Assembly: GCA_016845225.1 (NCBI GenBank)
Contig: JAERTB010000016.1
Location: 13,923 to 77,922, forward strand
Origin: Candidatus Woesearchaeota archaeon
Lineage (GTDB): Archaea; Nanobdellota; Nanobdellia; SCGC-AAA011-G17; UBA489
Reading direction: 5' to 3'
Length of the DNA: 64,000 nt
Below the pieces are notes generated by a model that saw nothing but the letters and a program-made list of their open reading frames with translations, was not told the origin of the DNA and made no database searches. Of this stretch, positions 57,642 to 64,000 are shown piece by piece. Every line of letters begins with the position of its first letter. Positions within the stretch are counted from its first letter, which is position 1. Position numbers and translations under genes: made by a program.

Positions 57642-58119
57642 AAAAACTAATAAACAAAATAAAACACTAAATAACATGCAAAAAAACAAAAGAGGAGTTT
57701 CACCAGCAATAAGTTGGATATTGTTAATAGGATTTACAATGGCTTTAGCAGGTTTTTCAATGACTTGGATGAGAGAAACAGCATCATCAACTTCTGAAAA
57801 AATGGTAGATAATGTGGGTTCTGATTTAGAATGTGGAGATGTTTCAATAAATGCATACGAAGAAACTTCAACAACAACAGGTTGTTCAAAAGTAAACATC
57901 ATCAACAGAGGTTTTTTCACAGTCACTGGTGTAAAAGTTAGATCCGGAAGTGGATTAGAAGAAATTACTCAAGAAATAAAACCAACACAAGAAGCATTAA
58001 TAAATCCAACAATAAGTAGTTTTTTACCAAATAATGAAATAGGAATCATTCCACAAATATCTTATAAAGATTCAAATCTAGTTTGTATAAATAAAGAGGT
58101 TAGAATAAAATGCACATAA
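57634..58119 (+). CDS. Archaeal type IV pilin (Pilin_N-type N-terminus)
   Basis: QKNKRG|VSPAISWILLIGFTMALAGFSMTW matches the archaeal pilin/flagellin N-terminal domain. The true start is probably the internal MQKNKRG at about 57676. Confidence 0.65.
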   Translation: MNKKTNKQNKTLNNMQKNKRGVSPAISWILLIGFTMALAGFSMTWMRETASSTSEKMVDNVGSDLECGDVSINAYEETSTTTGCSKVNIINRGFFTVTGVKVRSGSGLEEITQEIKPTQEALINPTISSFLPNNEIGIIPQISYKDSNLVCINKEVRIKCT

Positions 58120-58568
58120 CTAAAAAGGGAGTTTCACCATTAATCGCAACAAGTATTCTAATTGGTTTCGCAGTAGTTATTACTACTATAGTAATCCTTT
58201 TTGGAGGAGAACTAATTGAAGAGATTCAGCAAAAACAAGGGAAAACATTAACAAAAACAATTCAGTGCGATAACATGCATTTCAAAGTTACAGATATTAT
58301 TAACGATGATATTTGGTTATTGAATGATGGAACTACAGATATTCACGCATTTATGTTAAGATACAAAGGAGATGATGCAGAATATGTAAATTCCCATCTA
58401 AAAACCACAATCCCTGCAGGAGGATCAGGAAAAATAACTGCTGCAACTCCTCCAGGAATAGGAAAATTAAACACATTAACAATTTTTGCTAAAAGTGCGG
58501 CAGGGCCAGAAGGAAGCATTATTTGGGGCACATGCGGGTCTACAGAAACATCTGTAAACTTTCCATAA
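58110..58568 (+). CDS. Archaeal type IV pilin
   Basis: The N-terminus MHITKKG|VSPLIATSILIGFAVVITTIV is pilin-type. Confidence 0.7.
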   Translation: MHITKKGVSPLIATSILIGFAVVITTIVILFGGELIEEIQQKQGKTLTKTIQCDNMHFKVTDIINDDIWLLNDGTTDIHAFMLRYKGDDAEYVNSHLKTTIPAGGSGKITAATPPGIGKLNTLTIFAKSAAGPEGSIIWGTCGSTETSVNFP

Positions 58569-58619
58569 CAGTAAACTTTAATAATAACAAATAGTAAAAA
58601 TTAAACGAGGTAATTAACA

Positions 58620-59084
58620 ATGATTAAAAACAAAAGAGGAATTTCACCATTAATCGCAACAGTTCTATTAATTGGATTCGCAGTAGCTCTAGCAGCTGTA
58701 GTAATGACATGGGGCCTAGACTTCATTAAATCAACAGCAGACACAACAGAGCAACAAACTGAAAACACTTTAATTTGTGCAACTGAACTTTCTTTTGCAA
58801 TATCTAACGTAGATCTTATCACAGGAACAGTTACAGTAGATAATCGTGGACAAGTAGATATTAACAGTTTAGCATTTAGGGTTTATAATGCATCAGGCGT
58901 AACAACTAATGTAACTACAGAAACAATTGCAAAGTTTGAAGTTAAAACTTTAACTCCTACAATTACTGGTTCAAATTTAATAGGTTCAGACGTAACAAAG
59001 GTTGAAGCAATTGCAACAGTTCCAGGAAGTTCTGGACAAGGTGACATAATCTGTTCCCAAAATTTGCAATCATATCAAATTTAA
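58620..59084 (+). CDS. Archaeal type IV pilin
   Basis: The N-terminus MIKNKRG|ISPLIATVLLIGFAVALAAVVMTWG is pilin-type. It is a paralogue of the 58110 gene. Confidence 0.7.
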   Translation: MIKNKRGISPLIATVLLIGFAVALAAVVMTWGLDFIKSTADTTEQQTENTLICATELSFAISNVDLITGTVTVDNRGQVDINSLAFRVYNASGVTTNVTTETIAKFEVKTLTPTITGSNLIGSDVTKVEAIATVPGSSGQGDIICSQNLQSYQI

Positions 59085-59126
59085 GTTTAATGGAGTAATC
59101 ACTCCATTTTTTCTTTTTATTTTAAC

Positions 59127-59663
59127 ATGACTATTAATTCCAAAGAAAAGCAAGGCCAAATATGGATTTCTGCAATTCTATTTTTATCAATTGGAGTTAT
59201 GATTATTGTATTAATACTTTCAGCAATTATGCCAGTAGTAGATAGATTAGCAGATAGAAACACTCTTTCCTCAACAAAGAATCTTTTACTAGAAATGGAT
59301 GAAACAATTAAAACAGTTGCAAGAGAAGGGCCAGGCAGTCAAAGAAACTTAGATATCACTCTAAACAAAGGAGAATTATACTTCCAAAATGATACCTATC
59401 AAATTAAATGGATCATGGAAACAGAGTCAGAAATAATGGAAAAAGGAATAGATATTCCTGAAGGAAACATAGTGCAACATCTAAATGCTACAAGAGTGGA
59501 TCAAATATCAAACCTAATGCTTTGGATAACCTCAAATAAATACAACACCTCAATCAATTCACAATTTTCCAATCCTTTTACTGGCAAACACACATTAACA
59601 GTAAAACATACAGGAATAATACACCCTAACGACAATCCATTAATTGAATTAAAAATAACTTAA
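59127..59663 (+). CDS. Pilin-like / minor pilin protein
   Basis: The N-terminus KEKQGQ|IWISAILFLSIGVMIIVLILSAIMPV is prepilin-like. Confidence 0.5.
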   Translation: MTINSKEKQGQIWISAILFLSIGVMIIVLILSAIMPVVDRLADRNTLSSTKNLLLEMDETIKTVAREGPGSQRNLDITLNKGELYFQNDTYQIKWIMETESEIMEKGIDIPEGNIVQHLNATRVDQISNLMLWITSNKYNTSINSQFSNPFTGKHTLTVKHTGIIHPNDNPLIELKIT

Positions 59664-59719
59664 TGAGAAACTATTAAAAAAGCCAAAACACAGTATATAA
59701 TTATCAAAAATAGAGGTGT

Positions 59720-61309
59720 ATGGTGGATAATTCAACTAAAAGAGGGTCTTCTGAATCAGTGCCTATTCCGGCAGCAGATTTTGGAATAGAAAAAGCAACA
59801 GAGATACCATCCTTGCCAGATTTCTCAGAAAAAAGAAAAATAGATATCAAATATCCGCTAATCAAACCATATGCTTATGCACATATTCATTGGGATGAAG
59901 ATCAAAAAGAAGTGATTTATGAATTAAAAGAGCCACCATTAAATCTAAAGGAAAAACATGTTCTCAAAGAATTAGAAAAAGGATTAGAAGAATTAATCAA
60001 TATTAGTTTCATTAATATTAAAGATAAAGAAGCAGTAATTTCTTACTTAGAAAAGAATGCAAGAGTTCTATTAGCAGAGTTAGGATTAAAACCGCCAAAA
60101 GAAGTATTCCTAAAATTAATGTATTATATTTATAGGGACTTTGTTGGTTTAAACAGAATTGAAGCATTAATGAATGACTACCATATAGAAGATATTGAAT
60201 GTAATGGTTCAAATTTAGAATTGTATATAGTTCATAGAAAGTATAGAAATCTAAAAACAAATATCACTTTCAAATCCAATGATGAATTAACTTCTTTCGT
60301 TGAAAAACTTTCTCAAAAATGTGGAAAGTATATTTCATATGCTAGTCCAATCTTAGATGGAAGATTACCAGATAAAAGCAGAGTTAATGCAACCTATACG
60401 CAAGATATTTCTTCAAGAGGTCCAACCTTCACAATTCGTAAATTTACTAGTGAGCCTTGGAGTCCAATCAAACTAATTGATGTAAAAACAGCAAGTCCAG
60501 AACTTTTAGCATATTTGTGGATGTTAATAGAGTATGAATCAAACATCGTAGTAATTGGGGGAACAGGTTCAGGTAAAACTTCATTTTTAAACAGTATAGC
60601 CTTCTTTATACCTCCTCAATCAAGAATTGTTTCAATAGAAGATACACATGAATTAAATCTACTACACACTAACTGGTTACCTTCAGTTTCTCGTGAAGCC
60701 ACAGGGGTAGGGACAGAAGGAAAATTCGGAGAAGTTTCATTATTTACCTTACTAAAAGCAAGTTTTAGACAAAGGCCAGACTACGTTATCGTGGGAGAGA
60801 TTAGAGGTCAAGAAGCATTTGTTTTATTCCAGGGAGCTGCATCGGGACATCCCACAATGTGTACTATGCACGCAGAAGATGTTGAAACAATGATCAGAAG
60901 ATTAGAAACTCCTCCAATTAGTTTACCTCCATCATTAGTAGAAACCTTAGATGCAGTTTGTGTAATGACTCAAACAAAAGTAAATGGTAAGGAAGTTAGA
61001 AGATTAAAAAGTGTAACTGAAGTATTGAAAGTTGGTCAAAAATTAGGAACTGTAGAAAAAAATGTTCCATTTATTTGGGATCCAAAAACAGATAAATTCT
61101 TTTTCAAAAAACAAAGTGCATTATTCCAAAAATTACAAAAAGAATTTGGAATGGACGAACAAACAATACAAAAAGAATTTCAAAGAAGAACTACTTTACT
61201 TTGGACACTATATAAAAAAGGAATTTCAGGATATTCAGAAGTACAAAAAATAATCAGTGCTTATTCAAAATCTCCAGAAGAAGTCCTAAGAAGATTTAAC
61301 ATTCAATAA
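59720..61309 (+). CDS. Type IV pilus/archaellum-type assembly ATPase (FlaI/TadA/VirB11 superfamily)
   Basis: Walker A VVIGGTGSGKTSFLNS, Walker B DYVIVGEIRG and His-box TMHA are present, along with an N-terminal FlaI-like domain. The length is 529 aa. Confidence 0.85.
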   Translation: MVDNSTKRGSSESVPIPAADFGIEKATEIPSLPDFSEKRKIDIKYPLIKPYAYAHIHWDEDQKEVIYELKEPPLNLKEKHVLKELEKGLEELINISFINIKDKEAVISYLEKNARVLLAELGLKPPKEVFLKLMYYIYRDFVGLNRIEALMNDYHIEDIECNGSNLELYIVHRKYRNLKTNITFKSNDELTSFVEKLSQKCGKYISYASPILDGRLPDKSRVNATYTQDISSRGPTFTIRKFTSEPWSPIKLIDVKTASPELLAYLWMLIEYESNIVVIGGTGSGKTSFLNSIAFFIPPQSRIVSIEDTHELNLLHTNWLPSVSREATGVGTEGKFGEVSLFTLLKASFRQRPDYVIVGEIRGQEAFVLFQGAASGHPTMCTMHAEDVETMIRRLETPPISLPPSLVETLDAVCVMTQTKVNGKEVRRLKSVTEVLKVGQKLGTVEKNVPFIWDPKTDKFFFKKQSALFQKLQKEFGMDEQTIQKEFQRRTTLLWTLYKKGISGYSEVQKIISAYSKSPEEVLRRFNIQ

Positions 61310-61314
61310 TCAAG

Positions 61315-61497
61315 ATGTCTTTAGAATCAATAAAACAAAATGCTCAAAGCATAATCTCTGCAAATGAAAAATACTCTCAATTAGTTTTAAAGCCAACACA
61401 TGATAAAAAAGAAGCAGAAAAATTAAAAAAATACATCTTAACACTATCTAACACAATTTCTAAACAGTTAGGGGAAGTAAAGAAAGATGTCGATTAG
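61315..61497 (+). CDS. Small coiled-coil protein between ATPase and platform genes
   Basis: A 60-aa ORF that overlaps the next start by 11 nt. It has no recognisable domain. Confidence 0.3.
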   Translation: MSLESIKQNAQSIISANEKYSQLVLKPTHDKKEAEKLKKYILTLSNTISKQLGEVKKDVD

Positions 61498-62773
61498 CGA
61501 TAATGCTCAAGAAATTATTTCTTTAGTTTCCCAATTAGAAAAAGAACTTGTTCCTAAAAAGAAGCACGAACTTATAGAAAAGATAGAAAAAGCGAATCAA
61601 CGAATTCAATCAGAAGTTTCTTCAGAATCAAGACCATTATTATATACAGGAGTAATGGATAAACTTCCAGCAAAATCAACTGCTCCAGAACCTTCTCCAC
61701 CTACACCAGAAAAGCCACATAAGCAACCTGGACCAATTCAAACTAAACAAATTAAGAAAAAGAAAACATCACCAAAAACAAAAAAGAAATTGATGGAAGA
61801 GTTAAAGATTAATCAAGAAGATTTAGAAAAAGCATATCCTAAAAGAAAAACAAAGAGTTCAAAAAAAAGTGACTTCACAGTTTATGTTACAAGTCCTTTT
61901 GGAAAACTTTCAAATCAATTCTTCGGAAACTATGTTTCAAATCTATTCGATAAAAAGAAGCCATTCATCAGAAATTTAGCAGATTCAGTAAGAATATCTG
62001 GAATGCCTATTCTATCAAGAACTTATATCAGTATGATGTATTTCTCTTCATTAGTTGGATCAATGCTTGCAATGTTAGTAGCATTGGTAGTTTCGTATCT
62101 TGCAGGGCTAAGCATTACAATTATGGCAGTATCAATGATTATCTCTCTAATTAGTGTAGGACTTTTAGTATTTCTTGGAATGTATGCATATCCTGCATCG
62201 GAGGCATCAGCAAAATCTAGGGCAATAGACAATGACTTACCTTTCGCAACAATTCACATGGCGGCAGTAGCAGGTTCAGGTGCACAACCCATAGCAATGT
62301 TTAGGTTGTTATTAAAATCTGGAGAATATAAAGGATTAGAAAGCGAAATAAAAAAAATCGTAAACTTAGTTAATCTATTTGGCTATGACCTTTCAACAGC
62401 ATTAAAGAACGTATCATTAAGAACTCCCTCAAGAAGATTTAAGGAGTTATTAACTGGAATTGCATCAACAATTGAATCCGGAGGAAGTCTAAAATCTTAT
62501 CTTAAAGGCGTTGCAGATGAATCGATGACAACCTACAGATTAGAACGAAAGAAGTACGTTGAATCTTTAGCAACATATTCAGACATCTACACAGGAGTTT
62601 TAATCGCAGCACCATTATTATTCATGGTAGCACTTACAATTATAAACATGGTCGGAGGACAAGTTGGAGGATTAGAGGTATCTACTTTAGCATGGGGCGG
62701 AACATTATTGGTTTTACCTATTGTAAATATATTATTTTACATTTTCCTAAACATTTCACAACCTGGAGAATAA
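61487..62773 (+). CDS. Pilus platform membrane protein, TadB/FlaJ-like (one T2SSF domain) with Lys/Pro-rich N-terminal extension
   Basis: After a roughly 170-aa hydrophilic N-terminus (PEPSPPTPEKPHKQPGP; K-rich) come 2 TM, a cytoplasmic T2SSF-like domain (AIDNDLPFATIHMAAVAGSGAQPIAMF), then 2 TM. Confidence 0.65.
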   Translation: MSISDNAQEIISLVSQLEKELVPKKKHELIEKIEKANQRIQSEVSSESRPLLYTGVMDKLPAKSTAPEPSPPTPEKPHKQPGPIQTKQIKKKKTSPKTKKKLMEELKINQEDLEKAYPKRKTKSSKKSDFTVYVTSPFGKLSNQFFGNYVSNLFDKKKPFIRNLADSVRISGMPILSRTYISMMYFSSLVGSMLAMLVALVVSYLAGLSITIMAVSMIISLISVGLLVFLGMYAYPASEASAKSRAIDNDLPFATIHMAAVAGSGAQPIAMFRLLLKSGEYKGLESEIKKIVNLVNLFGYDLSTALKNVSLRTPSRRFKELLTGIASTIESGGSLKSYLKGVADESMTTYRLERKKYVESLATYSDIYTGVLIAAPLLFMVALTIINMVGGQVGGLEVSTLAWGGTLLVLPIVNILFYIFLNISQPGE

Positions 62774-62774
62774 A

Positions 62775-63635
62775 ATGTCAAGATTAAAATTTAAACCAGT
62801 TTATACATTGAGCATATTAGCAGGAGTAATGGTAATTCTTCTTGCAATTAAATTCCAATTTGGAGAAAGATTTTTCTTTCCATTAATCATTTTATCCTTA
62901 GTTGTTTCATCACTTCATTTTTGGATTGATTTTTTTGCAGAACAAAATAGACAAAAATTAATCGAAGTAATGTTTTTAGAATTTATTAGAAATCTTTCAG
63001 AATCAATTAAATCAGGAATTTCTATTCCAAGATCTATTCAAAACATAGCAAAAAGAGATTATGGAGAGTTATCTCCTTACATAAAAAAATTATCTAACCA
63101 GATAGAATGGGGGATACCAACAAGAAAAGCTCTTCAAACATTTGCAGAAGATACAGAGAATAGAGTGATAATAAGGTCAATTTCATTAGTTTCTGAAGCA
63201 GAAAAATCAGGAGGAGATATTACAGACATTTTATCTTCGGTAGTTGAATCTGTAGTAAGTGTTAAACAAATAAAAGAAGAAAGAAAATCCCAAATTCATG
63301 CCCAAGTAGTTCAAGGGTACATAATCTATTACGTCTTCATTGGAATCATGTTAGTCTTAGATTTATGGCTATTTCCCCAATTAACTGGTGTTGAAACCTC
63401 TTCTTCAATTCAGGCAGGGGCAAGTGGTGTGGGTGGAATGGGATTGGCTGGAGCAGGTGGAGGCGCATTAGACATGGGCCCAATATTTCTTACATTAATA
63501 TTAATCCAAGGATTTTTTGCAGGAATAATGATTGGGAAATTTTCAGAGGGAACAATCAAAAACGGATTATTACATTCATTGATAATGATGGTTTCAGCTG
63601 CGCTGATAATTACAACATTAAAGGGAGGAATATGA
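62775..63635 (+). CDS. Pilus platform membrane protein, TadC/FlaJ-like (second T2SSF domain)
   Basis: It has 2 TM, a cytoplasmic T2SSF-like domain (SGISIPRSIQNIAKRDYGELSPYIKKLSNQIEWGIPTRKALQTF) and C-terminal TMs with a Gly-rich loop. It starts 1 nt after the previous stop. Confidence 0.65.
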   Translation: MSRLKFKPVYTLSILAGVMVILLAIKFQFGERFFFPLIILSLVVSSLHFWIDFFAEQNRQKLIEVMFLEFIRNLSESIKSGISIPRSIQNIAKRDYGELSPYIKKLSNQIEWGIPTRKALQTFAEDTENRVIIRSISLVSEAEKSGGDITDILSSVVESVVSVKQIKEERKSQIHAQVVQGYIIYYVFIGIMLVLDLWLFPQLTGVETSSSIQAGASGVGGMGLAGAGGGALDMGPIFLTLILIQGFFAGIMIGKFSEGTIKNGLLHSLIMMVSAALIITTLKGGI

Positions 63636-64000
63636 TTTTAAACAAAAAAGGAATTGGATACGTGGATTGGATTATCAGTATGGGATTATTCATCGTGGTA
63701 GTTTCAATGACATTCATATTTCTTAAACCAGGAGTTACTGCAGAGTTTGAATCTAAAGATCTTTTAGAAATAGTAGAATCTAATTTCCTCGAAGAATATA
63801 CATGGTCTTCAATAAGTATTCCAATTGCAGTACATAAGTTGAATCAAGCAGGAATAGTTTCAAAAATTGAAATAACTGAAAATACTGGAAATCAATGGGA
63901 TGTTAAATCTTATCATTCTAAACATACAACTTTCGCAGTAACCACTAACACACAAACAAACACTGCAACAATAACTTGTAGTCCAGAAGGAGGAATCTGT
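63633..64000 (+). CDS. Class III signal peptide (pilin-like) protein, partial (runs off window end)
   Basis: The N-terminus MILNKKG|IGYVDWIISMGLFIVVVSMTFIFL is prepilin-like. No stop occurs before 64000. Confidence 0.4.

Noticed and set aside
1-64000. CRISPR arrays, cas genes, transposases, integrases, reverse transcriptase/DGR components
   Set aside because: No regularly spaced direct repeats of CRISPR type were seen, and no ORF carries RT (YADD), DDE-transposase or tyrosine-recombinase hallmarks. The only tandem repeat is the 24-nt coding repeat in tfe.

Overview
This is an AT-rich (roughly 30% GC by eye), gene-dense archaeal chromosomal segment. Archaeal identity rests on archaea/eukarya-only ribosomal proteins L15e, L35Ae and L10e, ABCE1, TFE-alpha, GatD/GatE, archaeal-type AspRS/AsnRS/ProRS, ATP-dependent DNA ligase, FtsZ, and many class III (prepilin-type) signal peptides. 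The gene content and small gene sizes suggest a small-genome DPANN-like archaeon, but that is inference.

Housekeeping genes:
- argS, lig, ftsZ, gatD plus a compact gatE, aspS, asnS, proS, rpl15e, rpl35ae, rpl10e, abcE1, tfe, and an nrdR-nrdJ-dut operon.
- Four tRNAs: Arg-UCG, Thr-CGU, Leu-UAA, Thr-GGU.
- Additional calls: a TrmB-like regulator, mscS, a DHH phosphoesterase, an M42 peptidase, MazG, a CBS protein, and a GshB-like ATP-grasp gene coupled to an amidohydrolase.

Accessory content:
- Two type-IV-pilus-like loci. One is six tandem class III signal-peptide genes at 433-4319. The other, at 57042 to the window end, carries pilins, a FlaI/TadA-type ATPase and two TadB/TadC-like platform proteins.
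- A cluster of secreted, heavily N-glycosylation-sequon-rich surface proteins, including a transglutaminase-like protein (22136-27037).
- Several Cys-rich secreted proteins that look GC-richer than their surroundings.
- A small tRNA-flanked island (about 54.7-57.0 kb) carrying MazG, a perfect-Shine-Dalgarno mini-ORF and a bacterial-type sigma-70-like gene.

Other items worth a second look are predicted NrdR operator boxes upstream of nrdR, a TFE with a lysine-rich 8-aa tandem repeat tail, and a 614-aa coiled-coil nucleotidyltransferase.

No CRISPR array, transposase, integrase or reverse transcriptase was recognised.
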